A stretch of DNA of 64,000 nt. Source: Macrostomum lignano (Eukaryota). Under the pieces are notes generated by a model. It saw only the letters and a list, made by a program, of their open reading frames with translations. It was not told the DNA's origin and made no database searches. The number at the start of each line of letters is the position of its first letter. The first letter of the stretch is position 1. This document shows positions 45,544 to 57,068 of the stretch, piece by piece. The stretch covers positions 1-64,000 of the forward strand of contig NIVC01001449.1 in the NCBI GenBank assembly GCA_002269645.1, in the 5' to 3' direction. The position numbers were made by a program, and so were the translations under genes.

Positions 45544-48500
45544 TGTCGTGTAGCTACCAGTATGTGCATGCACTTAGTACGAGTATTGATTTGTATTTGT
45601 ACTTTCCTATTATTTCTTTCTCTATTATTATCTATGCAAGCTTGGCACGTTAGGTTTGAGTTATTGCTATTTGAGTTATGGGCAAATTGTGTACGCTTAA
45701 ATTATGTCATCACTCTCGCGCACGTAGCATCGCTTTACAATATAAATACAGACATCAGAGCTTTAATAGCTCTCTCATAGTCTTCAACCACTTGAAACAA
45801 GCAGCATAGCTGATTTACCACAATGGCGACGAGTTCAAATGGACGGATTCCGGAGCTCACACAAGACTCCGACTTCGAGATTTACGCGGAGAGAATGGAG
45901 CAGTATTTCATCTGCAACAAGGTCGAGTCCACCGAGGCCAAGCGCGCTACATTTCTCACTGCCATTGGAGAGAAACACTACAAACTGCTTCGGGACCTGT
46001 GCCATCCGGACAAGCTGACCACTAAGACATTCGAGCAACTCAGAGACGTCCTTAAGAACCACTGCTCACCTGCTCCTTCCGAGATTGCTGCCAGATTCAA
46101 GTTTCAGCGCAGGATGCAGCAAGAAGGCAAATTGTTCACAGTCTTCCTGGCAGGTCTCAAGTCTGCGGTGGTGCACTGCAATTTCGGCTCAACACTGAAT
46201 GAGCGACTTCGTGATCAGCTGGTATTCGGCATGAGTAGCGATGCAATGCGCTCCAAGTTGTTGGAGAGTGCAAACAACTCCTACGAGGCGCTGACCACCC
46301 TGGCTATTTCCTTGAAGACTTCGCAGAGATCTTCAAGCGAAATGTCGCTACCGTCGTCTACACACCGAGTCACGGCTCAACCAGCTGCAACCGCACGCCC
46401 CAGCAGCAGGCAAGCCAACTCGTTGAGACCATCTGCTGGCGCGGCATCGCCCAAGACTAACCGTTGCGACAGCTGCGGAGGCTCTCATTCGCGACAGACC
46501 TGCAGGCATTGCAGCGCCAAGTGCCACGGCTGCGGCAGGCTCGGTCATCTCAAGAAGGTCTGCCATTCATCCAATGCTTCCATCAAGTTGGTAGACGAGT
46601 CTGACTCCGCCACAGAGGACAAACAGGAGGAGGAACCCATCTTCCACGTATCGAGCGCCTCCCGGTCGGCCATCATGGTGCCTCTGCAGGTGAAAAAGAT
46701 GCTGACGCAATTTGAGCTGGACACCGGATCAGCTGTCAGCTTGGCACCAAAGTCCTTCTACGACAAGCATCTCAGCCACCTACCGCTGCGCCCATCGTGG
46801 ACCAAGCGGCGTACCTACACTGACCAGGAGTTTTGCCCGCTCGGCGAGGTGACTGTCAGTATCAACTATGAGGGACAGTCCTATGCGCTGCCACTGCTCA
46901 TCGTGTCCGAAGGCAGCGCTCGGCTTCTTGGCCGCAACTGGCTGACAGCCATCCAACTGGACTGGCCCCGCTTGACTGCTCCAGTCAACGCCATAGCGAA
47001 GAACCCCAACGACATCGCTGCAGAAATAATTCAGCAGTTTCCAGACGTCTTCGCGGACAACCTGGGCAAGTACCGACTAGGGGAGGTGAAGTTGCACGTC
47101 CAGGACAGCGCCACGCCCCGTTTCTACAAGGCCCGGCCAGTACCTTACGCCCTGCGTGACAGCGTAGACAAGGAACTGCAGCGAATGGAGGCAGAGGGCG
47201 TCATCACTCCAATCACCACCTCCGACTGGGCGGCGCCGATTGTTCCGGTCATTAAGAAGGATGGCTTGGTGCGCATATGCGGAGACTACAAATGCACCTT
47301 CAACCGCGTGGCCAAGCAGGAGCACTATCCATTGCCGAGGATTGAGGACCTGTTCGCACGGCTGGGCGGCGGCTACAAGTGGAGCAAGCTCGACTTGGCC
47401 AAGGCGTTTATGCAGCTGCCGATCTCCGAGGATAGCAAGCAGTTCCTCATCGTCAACACCCAGCGAGGACTGTTTCAAGTCAACTGCTTGCCCTTCGGCA
47501 TCTGCTCGGCCAGCGCCATCTTCCAGCGCGTGCTCGACACCCTGGTGGGGCACCTCGACGGTGTTCAAGTCTACCAGGATGACATCTTGGTGACAGGCTC
47601 TACATTGGCTGCGCACAAGGCCAACCTGATGCAAGTGCTGCACAAGCTGCAAGAGGCTGGTCTGCACATCAATGTGACCAAGTGCGCCTTCTTCAGAGAT
47701 TCGATCAACTACCTGGGTCACCGGATCGACTGTCACAGTTTGCGGCCACTCGCTGACAAGATCGAGGCCGTGCAGCGTGCGCCGGCGCCGACTGATGTGA
47801 GTCAGGTGCGCTCCTACCTGGGCATGCTGACTCACTATGCAAAGTTCCTGCCCAACTTGGCGTCGGTTGTAGCACCTCTCAACCACCTGCTTACCAAGGG
47901 CGCAACTTGGAAGTGGGGCGATCCCGAGGACCAGGCCTTCCGTGCTTCAAAGCAGCTGTTGCTGGACTCTGGTGCCCTGATGCACTTCAACCCAGACTTG
48001 CCTCTTCGGCTGGAGTGCGACGCGTCAGCATACGGCATTGGCGTCATGCTCAGCCACCGCGTGAACGGCCAAGACCAAGCGATCGCGTTCGCTAGCAAGT
48101 CTCTGACCTCAGCCCAGCGCAATTACTCCCAGCTAGACAAGGAGGCGCTGGCAATCATCTACGACGTGCAGCGCTTTCACCAATTTCTTTACGGTCGCCA
48201 CTTCACCATCGTGACGGATCATCGGCCGCTCCTCGGACTGCTGGGCCCGGACAAGGAAATCCCGACGCGCGCTGCTGCCAGAATGCAGAGGTGGGCCATC
48301 CGACTATTGGGCTACCAGTACTCCATGGAGTTCCGGCCGACCGAGAAGCACGGAAACTGCGATTCCCTCTCCCGCCTGCCGCTCAAGGGCAACTTCGTCA
48401 AAGAAGCCGCGGTGCACTTGCTCACTCTAGAGGACGATTCGAGCGTCGCAGTGACTGCTGCTGCCATTGCCAAGGCAACTCAAGCCGACACGGCACTGTC

Positions 48501-50143
48501 AAAGCTGCTGTGGGCCCTGCGGTCGGGACAGGAGCTGCCAGCTAACGACTTCCCTGACTTCGCCCATCATCAAGCAGAGCTTTCAGTCGAAGCCGGTTGT
48601 GTGCTGATGGGATCTCGCGTCGTTATCCCGGACACCCTGCGCAAGTCGGTGCTGCGGGAGCTGCATCTGGCACATCCCGGTGCGAGCCGAATGAAGGCCC
48701 TCGCACAGAGCTTCGTCTGGTGGCCTGGGCTAGACAAGGAACTAGAGCAGCTCGGGAGAAAGTGCGACACCTGCAGAGCTCATCAGGCAGACCCAGCAAA
48801 GGCTCCAGTGCATCCCTGGCTGTTCCCCAACGAACCATGGAGCCGCCTACATGTCGACTTCGCCGGCCCAGTCAACGGTCGAATGTACATAGTCATTGTC
48901 GACGCCTACAGCAAATGGCCGAAGTTCGCCTCATCAGCGACACATCTGCTGGCGGGACCATCGGGCATCTCCGTGACGTATTCTGCAACTTGGGCCTGCC
49001 AAGGATTCTCGTCTCCGACAACAGCCCCCAGTTCGCCTCTCGTGAGTTCGCTGACTTCATGCATAGCAACGGGATCCGGCATGTGACTTCAGCGCCCTAC
49101 CACCCGGCCACCAACGGACAGGCCGAAAGATTCGTGCAGACGCTGAAATCCCACATCAGGAAGTCGGGTCACTCTGCGGAAGCCATGCAGCACTTCCTGT
49201 TTGCCTACCGGATCACGCCGCATTCGAGCACCGGTGCCTCACCAAGCAAACTGCTATTCGGACGTCGCCTGCGATCCCGGCTGGACCTCCTGCGACCGTC
49301 CCTGGCTGAACAGATGCGACACCGTCAGAGTGCGAGCACTGACTCGACGCCCCGCCAAGCCCGGTCCTTCGAAGTTGGTGACACCGTGCGAGTGAAGACC
49401 TTTGGCAAGGATGCCGGCTGGCGGCCCGGCCTCATCATGGCGGCGGGCAAGCGCAACTACGATGTCAAGGTCGGCGAGGGCATCGTCGTCCAGCGCCACA
49501 TCGACCAACTCCTGCCAGAGCAGCGTCAGCAGCCTCCAGCAGTACCGGCTGTCGCGGCACCCGACCGAGTATCACCATCAATCTCCAAAACGACACCGCC
49601 GTCTGAGGTGGGCCCAGACAGCTCAACTTCGGAGACTTCGGCAGCGGCCCCGACAGCTGCTCTCGCTGGACCTGCTCCTGCTCCGATCACAGAAGTCGCC
49701 GGACAGCAGGCTGGAGCAATGCACCGATATCCAGAACGCATACGGCTCGCGCCTGCCAGGTTTCAGGCGGGCAGTGATTGAACCTTGTGACACTGACTTG
49801 ACTCACAAACTAATCTTGAATCACAATGCTTTTTTTCGAGTTTTAACTCCCTATGGGGAGGAAGTGTCGTGTAGCTACCAGTATGTGCATGCACTTAGTA
49901 CGAGTATTGATTTGTATTTGTACTTTCCTATTATTTCTTTCTCTATTATTATCTACGCAAGCTTGGCACGTTAGGTTTGAGTTATTGCTATTTGAGTTAT
50001 GGGCAAATTGTGTACGCTTAAATTATGTCATCACTCTCGCGCACGTAGCATCGCTTTACAATATAAATACAGACATCAGAGCTTTAATAGCTCTCTCATA
50101 GTCTTCAACCACTTGAAACAAGCAGCATAGCTGATTTACCACA
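45544..50143 (+). mobile_element. Ty3/gypsy LTR retrotransposon D (Mag-like), 4600 bp, near intact
   Basis: 279-bp LTRs at 45544-45822 and 49865-50143 (1 difference seen); 5-bp TSD GTTAG; PBS TGGCGACGAG (45824-45833, tRNA-Ser); PPT GGGGAGGAAG. Confidence 0.96.
45823..49781 (+). CDS. gag-pol: Element D single gag-pol polyprotein, with one frameshift in integrase near 48920
   Basis: 1087-aa ORF with knuckles, LDTGSA, YQDD, CDASAYGIG and integrase HHCC; continues in another frame (KWP/EVRLIS...SDNSPQF...TNGQAER). Confidence 0.9.
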
Positions 50144-51953
50144 GTTAGCACTATAAATTGAAACTTTACTGATTTTGCTTTTGAGTGCATCTCTTATTGC
50201 TATATTCATTATACTATAGCAATAGTATAGCATTACACTATACTTCATTATACTATATATTAGAAACTGTAATAAATTGGTCAACACAGTTGACAAATAA
50301 AAGTTGCTTCTTTGGCAACACTATTTTCCATTTTCCAAAATTGATACATGCAAAGAATTGTTTAAATGCCTTATTACAAGCTTCAAAACTCAGAAAGTGG
50401 GAAATTTTATTTTAAAAATGAAGTTTTTTCACATGTCAAATGTATTTTATTAAGAGTGATACATGCCAACTATGCACACCCAATTTGGCATGCAACCATA
50501 GTCTGTTTCGTTAGAGTTACGCCAGAAATCTCTGGCATAATTCTAGACAAAAATTCTAGTCTTGGTATAAATGCTTGGCGTAAGAATTAATAGAAAAATG
50601 GACTGGCATGAAGGATAGGTATAAAAACAACTACAGGCTCATTCCATATAAGCATGGTCGTAACATGACAGGTTATTTTTACTTATAAAATGAAATCTAA
50701 TAATAGAATATACTAAACCAATATTTTAAATTGTTATAGGCGTGATTCTCCCTTCTTAATAATATCCCACCGCTATGTCACCAAGTTGTTATAGGCCCTT
50801 TGGCTCTCTATAAGGATCCCACCGCTATGTCACCAAGTTGTTATAGGCCCTTTGGCTCTCTATAAGGATCCCACCGCTATGTCACCAAGTTGTTATAGGC
50901 CCTTTGGCTCTCTATAAGGATTCCACCGCTATGTCACCAAGTTGTGGTAGTTGTTTCACCTCCTACTTTATCAATTTTAATCTCACCGCTGATACCAAGT
51001 TGTGGTAGGGCTTCAAATTCCCTGCTATCGAATTTATACTGCTGATACTAAATTCTGCCTTTAGTATTTCTAACTGTTTCTTAGAATCTCATCTATCTTC
51101 TGGGTAGCGTTCTTAGTATATTCTGGTAGCGTTCTTATGTATTAGTCTGGTAGCATCCTAGTATATGGTCTGGTAGCGTTCTTAGTATATGGCCTGAGCG
51201 GTCTTACTGGTATATGTACTTTCTCTCTCCAGTCTGGGCGTTACCGAGATTAGAGGGTCACAGCGATTACTCTTAGTACTCTCTCTGCATGAATTCCCAA
51301 TTCTGACTTTCAATACCTTTTAAAATGAGCAAAGATCTGAGAATGTTTATCGAACACGTTTTGAGCTTATAGCTAACGAACGAGTTAATTTTCCTACCTC
51401 CAACTTCGCTCCTATTTATACCATCTCGACTGTGTATATTTATAACAAACGTAGAATATTAAGAATATTTTGCAAATTAAAACAAAACATAGTTTTCGCA
51501 TGATTTTAGAAATAAGGTTTCCTAGAAAATAGTAACCGCTTCTACAACTTTCCTCCTCTTATCATGAATTTTGAATGAAAGCAATGCTACAGTGAAAAAT
51601 TTATGAGTACATTTAGCATAAAAATTGGAAGCTAAAAATAAAACATATTTAGTACAAATGCTATTAAAGAAACATGAAACATAGTACGAATGCTAGACCA
51701 GATAGTCAATATAGGTGCTCTGGGTGCTAAAGAACGAAATGCAGTGCATAGGTGAGCAACACACAATACAAATAGACTGTTAATTGTTCACAAAGTAGGC
51801 ATATCAAAGAAAATGGCATAGTAATTTGTAAAGACAATAAACATAGTAAAATTTAAAGACAATAAGCATAGTAAAGTTTAAGGACAATAAGCATAGTAAA
51901 GTTTAAAGAAACTAAGCATAGCAGAAATGTTAAAATGTCAAATTGTCAAAAGT

Positions 51954-52793
51954 TCAAAAGTCGCAATACCGGGGCAGGTCTCGATAAAATGGCCATCCGA
52001 GCTGCGAGAAGCACCATCGCAGCTCGATATTGACCAGCTGCCGCTGCGCCGGCCGGGCATCCGCTTGCAGTGTGCGCTGGAGACGTTCGGCGATCTCCTG
52101 CAGCACAGCCACAGCCTCGCGATGGCTAAAGTGCTCACGCAGAGTGCGCAGGTGAGGCCAGATCTGCGACCGCTGCGGCAGAGCCTCGTCTAGACGCAGA
52201 AAGGCGATCCTCAGAAGGTACTGTTGGATGCTGTGCCGCGGGCGTTCGACCTCGGCGCCTCTGGTCTCGATGAGCTGGCGAACAATGGCGCGATGATCCT
52301 GCGAGTCTCCCTGCGGCGGCGGGCGCGCTGGTGGCGTACCTGGGCGAGATTGGCGAGCATTCGATTGCCTTGGGCCACGAGACGGCGCTTCAACTGGGAC
52401 GGCAAGCTGTATCGATCGGCCGCCAGCGCTATCCGCTTTCATGACACAAGAACGGATTGGCGCGGCCGCTTGTCGTTCTAGCAGGGCGGCCCGCTTCCTC
52501 TCTGGCTCGTTGGACTGATTCGAGGCAGCAGCAGATGATGAAGCGCTTGATCGCTTGGTGGCGGAATCCCCGCCTGGGGGCCTTGGGCGCGTGGGCTGCC
52601 TGAGGGGAGCCTCGTTCTCCTGCTGTTCTCGGGCTCGTCGTTCTCGGTCACGCTCTTGTTGCTCGCGCTCTCGCTCTTCGCGCTCTCGCTCTTCGCGCTC
52701 TCGCTCTTCGCGCTCTCGCTCTCGTTCTTCGCTTGGATTGCCATCTTCCAAAAGGTCTTGCAGGAATTTGTCAATATCGTCGTTGTTGTCCAT
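51954..52793 (-). CDS. Intact 279-aa accessory ORF of element E (acidic N-terminus, E/R coiled coil, P/S linker, helical C-terminal domain); unknown function
   Basis: ATG at 52793 (MDNNDDIDKFLQDLLEDG); GC-rich within AT-rich flanks; TATAAAT at 52894-52888, about 95 nt upstream; no signal peptide or TM segment seen. Confidence 0.7.
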   Translation of the reverse strand: MDNNDDIDKFLQDLLEDGNPSEEREREREEREREEREREEREREQQERDRERRAREQQENEAPLRQPTRPRPPGGDSATKRSSASSSAAASNQSNEPERKRAALLERQAAAPIRSCVMKADSAGGRSIQLAVPVEAPSRGPRQSNARQSRPGTPPARPPPQGDSQDHRAIVRQLIETRGAEVERPRHSIQQYLLRIAFLRLDEALPQRSQIWPHLRTLREHFSHREAVAVLQEIAERLQRTLQADARPAQRQLVNIELRWCFSQLGWPFYRDLPRYCDF

Positions 52794-53202
52794 CTTCGAA
52801 TTACTCTGCACAGCTCTTAGTATTAATCTTCGAATCGCTCTTCGGATATGTGAAATATGGGGGCCTGCTAGCGGTCAGGGGTTTCGCATTTATAGGCTGG
52901 CGGCCGAAAAACTGGACCGCATCATTGTGTTCCACGCGGGCCTTGAGTGGGGGGTGCTTGGGTTGGCAGATTTGACACTCAGATTTTATGGATTTTCTTT
53001 AGATTTTTTATAACTTTTTATTTTTCGAGATTTTTTCTTGAGTAATATGTCATATGAAAGCTTACATTTAGCAGAATACTATGGTGTTTTCAGATTTGTT
53101 CTATGTACAACATGTCAATTTTTATAGGCAAAAAACTATTACTAATATGAGATTTTAACTAATTTACACTGGTTTCAATGGCAATTCGCTGACGTCATCA
53201 CC

Positions 53203-53679
53203 CTATTGTTCCAAATATCGTGCGTAGCGCCTTCGGGGCACGAATCCGTTCACACCTTCTCCTTGCTGAGTCACTCTATTGCCTCGTGGTCTCAGATTAT
53301 ACCTCCCTTCTGGCTGAGCTTCCTCCTCTAACTCTATTGCTCCTTCCTCTTCTGATGGCTCATCTGAGTCAGTCGCTCTCTCTGTATTCTCACTATTCAG
53401 TTCTTCATTTCCTTCGTTTTCACTCTGCGAATTATGATCTGCGAACACTCTCCATTGAATTCTGTCTTCTTCGTCTGAGCTTTCCTCCTCTAAAATTTGA
53501 ACTTCTGGATTTTTATTAACTTCTTTTCGTCTATGGCAAATTCTTTTCTTTCGCTTTGGCTGTTCCTTCTTCTTAGTTTGTACTATTGCTGGTTCTAAAT
53601 TATTATTAATTTCTTCGGATAAATTAATTTCGGATTTCGGCACTGGAGTCAGATTATTTCTATGCTTCTCTTCGAACAA
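53203..53679 (-). pseudogene. Acidic low-complexity ORF ending in RYNLRPR; probable integrase C-terminal tail left after pol deletion
   Basis: RYNLRPR-type tails are common at gypsy Pol C-termini (compare YEFRPR in element A); no ATG start. Confidence 0.45.
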
Positions 53680-54489
53680 CTTTGCAAATTCTCACAGCTT
53701 CTCCTCGAAATCTCATCTTCATTCCATCTCATCTCAACTCAACAACTTCTCGACTCAATATCTCGACTCGACCCTGACCTCTCGAAAGCTTCTCTGCTGA
53801 ACTCATGCCAGCTACAGCTCTACTGTCACGGGTCCTACAACTCTCAAATCTCCTTTCACTGTTTCAGCTTGGCCTCGTCAGTAGAATCATAGAGATTCTG
53901 TATTAATCTGCACTTTAGGCCTTACTGCCCTTCCTTTCCTGCATGGCCTGACTCTCTGAACCTTTCTTGGCTCTTCTGAAAGCGTCATCGGCCTCTTCTT
54001 TCTGCCTTTGGCTAATCTGCAATAGGTCAGTATACAACTGTCCGTGCATCATGCCAATCTCTGCAATCCAATCTCTTCGACAATTCTCTTCGCACAATTT
54101 GCACAATCTTCTCAGTATCATCTTCTCGGCAACTTCTCTGAGTAGAATAATCTTCCTTCAATGTTTTCAGTCCGAAATTGCAGTTCCCTGGCTTTCCTAT
54201 TAATTTTCTTAGTAAAACGGTCCTTTTAAGGTCAAACGGCCCTTTTAAGGTCATCTAGTTAAAACGGTCCTTTTGAGGGTTACCTCCTAAATTTTTAGCT
54301 ATTTAACGAATTTTATTTACTTTAGACGGCTTACTTGGTCGGTACATTGTAATATGCAGACGAAATACTTCTTTAAAAAAATTTTTAGGATTTTTCTAAC
54401 TTATATTCGTTTTTATATTTTGCATATACATTTCTATACATATTTACAAATAGTTTTTCAGAATCGCGCTTCTATGTACGAGTCTTCTT

Positions 54490-55062
54490 AGGGTGGCTTC
54501 TGCTGGGCGTGCCGGTTGAACCTGATTCGGCACTGGTGTCCTGCCTGTGGCCTCATAGGTCCTGGTTGGTCACAGAAGAAACAGTGACCAGGTTTTGGCT
54601 CCGGTCTGGTTCCACTGAATCGGTGTCTCTTCCAATTCGGCATTGGTCAGGTGTCTGCGGTACCGGCTTAGTCTCTAGGCTAATGTTGGTGAAAATTACA
54701 GTTAGAGTGACTAGGCACTCCATCAGCGCTTCCATGCCTCTCTTCTGTCTTTGCTCCTCACTCTCTCCGTACTCTTCAATAATCCTTTGGCGGATGTACT
54801 GATACTTGAAGTCTTCTTTCCTGTTGCTCAATCTGCGCTTGACTCTCTCTGGGATGTTCAGATTCGCGAATAACTCTTTCTTGCACTCTTCCTCACTGAG
54901 CTTCTTATTCCTACAATGCTGCTCGAAGGTGATCAACCACTTGCGAATATCTTCGCCAGGGGCGTACTTCTCGAATCTTTCTTCTCTTGTCACTTTTCCT
55001 AGACAGTCTCACAGTTGTTCTGCCAGCATGGCAATGGCATCATTAGCCTGATTCTGATTCAT
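54490..55062 (-). pseudogene. gag: Element E gag remnant
   Basis: MNQNQANDAIAMLAEQL*DCLGKVTREERFEKYAPGEDIRKWLITFEQHC (capsid-like); a frameshifted degenerate knuckle, CFFCDQPG(P), follows. Confidence 0.6.
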
Positions 55063-55181
55063 CTTCTCTTTTCAAATTATTCTTCGAAATTCTTCTGTTC
55101 TGAGAATCTTTCTGAGTATTACTACCTGTTCTAACCTTGAGAGTTCTCGCCGTTTCTCTAATCCCACTGCTGCCACCAAGT

Positions 55182-55500
55182 TGTTATAGGCGTGATTCTC
55201 CCTTCTTAATAATATCCCACCGCTATGTCACCAAGTTGTTATAGGCCCTTTGGCTCTCTATAAGGATCCCACCGCTATGTCACCAAGTTGTTATAGGCCC
55301 TTTGGCTCTCTATAAGGATCCCACCGCTATGTCACCAAGTTGTTATAGGCCCTTTGGCTCTCTATAAGGATTCCACCGCTATGTCACCAAGTTGTGGTAG
55401 TTGTTTCACCTCCTACTTTATCAATTTTAATCTCACCGCTGATACCAAGTTGTGGTAGGGCTTCAAATTCCCTGCTATCGAATTTATACTGCTGATACTA
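55182..55500 (-). repeat. Array of six LTR-end/PBS-like modules in U5 of element E (same array at 50732-51050)
   Basis: PBS-like cores at 55214-55233, 55266-55285, 55318-55337, 55370-55389, 55430-55447 and 55486-55500. In element sense, all but the last are preceded by an LTR-end mimic and ACT. Confidence 0.9.
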
Positions 55501-57068
55501 AATTCTGCCTTTAGTATTTCTAACTGTTTCTTAGAATCTCATCTATCTTCTGGGTAGCGTTCTTAGTATATTCTGGTAGCGTTCTTATGTATTAGTCTGG
55601 TAGCATCCTAGTATATGGTCTGGTAGCGTTCTTAGTATATGGCCTGAGCGGTCTTACTGGTATATGTACTTTCTCTCTCCAGTCTGGGCGTTACCGAGAT
55701 TAGAGGGTCACAGCGATTACTCTTAGTACTCTCTCTGCATGAATTCCCAATTCTGACTTTCAATACCTTTTAAAATGAGCAAAGATCTGAGAATGTTTAT
55801 CGAACACGTTTTGAGCTTATAGCTAACGAACGAGTTAATTTTCCTACCTCCAACTTCGCTCCTATTTATACCATCTCGACTGTGTATATTTATAACAAAC
55901 GTAGAATATTAAGAATATTTTGCAAATTAAAACAAAACATAGTTTTCGCATGATTTTAGAAATAAGGTTTCCTAGAAAATAGTAACCGCTTCTACAAAAT
56001 GAAAGATTATTTTGTCTAGAATATATTTATAGAGTTTCATATAGATATCATCATTAGTATAGATGCTATTAAACCTTAAATGACACTTATGGTCGTAACG
56101 ACAGGATTTTTGACATATAGAAACTAAAAGGTAAAAGTCGTATAACATTTTTCATTTTTGATATTTTGCAATACATTTTTAAAATTTGACTAAGAACATC
56201 TTTAGAAATCATACTCTTTTATTAGAATATATAAACTCAAAAGGCAACAAAGATACAAAAGAAAAGGCAGCCTTATGGTCATAACATTATGGTCGTAACA
56301 TATTTTTTTCTGTCAATTCAGTAACTTTGAGGTACTAATACATTAAAAATATAATAGATTATTTGGTCACCAATGCTTTTATCTGATGATGCAAGTACTA
56401 TACTTTTATCTATAGTTTGTTTCAACCTTCAAAAGCTTTCTATTTGTTTTTAAAAGGTACAAAATCTTAATGATGTCTTTTGCTTCGAAAAATGTCCAAA
56501 TTTTTACAAAAATGACTTTTTGCCAATTGATAACATACTAATCCAACATTTTACCATTCCTTTATTCTTAGATTGTATATATTGCATAATATAAACATTT
56601 GGTAAAAAAATAGGCTAATTAGACAATGGCAAGCAAAAATATTGACTTTTTTCTATTTTCCAAATATGTCCATCTTATATGGAATGAGCCTACAGATGAT
56701 TTTTTGGCGCATTTCCCTGACCATGTTTTAATTACTGTAACTTATTTCAAGTATTTGAATAAAACAGAGAATTTAAATAATAACACATTTTATAATTTGT
56801 AAAAAGTAAAACAAAGTTTAAAATCTAGAAATTAAGCTATAACGAAAAAACTTTTAGGTTGTTATCTTTTTGATACTTATATCTAAATATACTAAATCTC
56901 TAAGGTTTGTATGTCCATAACGCTCTAGAGAGAGCAATTCTTCACCGATTTATGTTTCTAAAGTTTTAATTTTAATATACAAAAAACATAAATAAACTTT
57001 TTTGAAATAAAAAAGTTTGTACAAACTGCCCCACGCCCCCCCCTTTTAGTCTAGGTATTATGCCTAGC

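Larger units (their letters stand above)
50732..55996 (-). mobile_element. Non-autonomous (pol-less) LTR retroelement E with identical 815-bp LTRs
   Basis: LTRs at 50732-51546 and 55182-55996 identical in a block-by-block comparison; 4-bp TSD AAAT; 18-nt PBS TGGTGGCAGCAGTGGGAT (55178-55161, tRNA-Leu); PPT AAGAGGAGGAAAGT; TATAAATAGG in U3 (55870-55861); no PR/RT/RH/IN catalytic motifs found internally. Confidence 0.93.
50636..56690. mobile_element. Non-autonomous TIR DNA element (~0.8 kb of its own sequence) hosting LTR element E; superfamily unassigned
   Basis: 17-bp perfect TIR GGCTCATTCCATATAAG; 4-bp direct repeat TACA (50632-50635, 56691-56694); repeated subterminal ATGGTCGTAAC motif on both sides of the insertion. 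Confidence 0.8.

Noticed and set aside
50732-51050. CRISPR array
   Set aside because: Repeat-spacer appearance, but it lies inside a eukaryotic LTR, the repeats match the PBS/LTR junction, three spacers are identical, and no cas genes are present
51954-52793. env gene
   Set aside because: Correct position, but no signal peptide, fusion peptide or transmembrane anchor
55551-55640. GGTAGCGT repeats as tRNA-Leu 5'-end mimics
   Set aside because: Only 8 nt of similarity; could be chance
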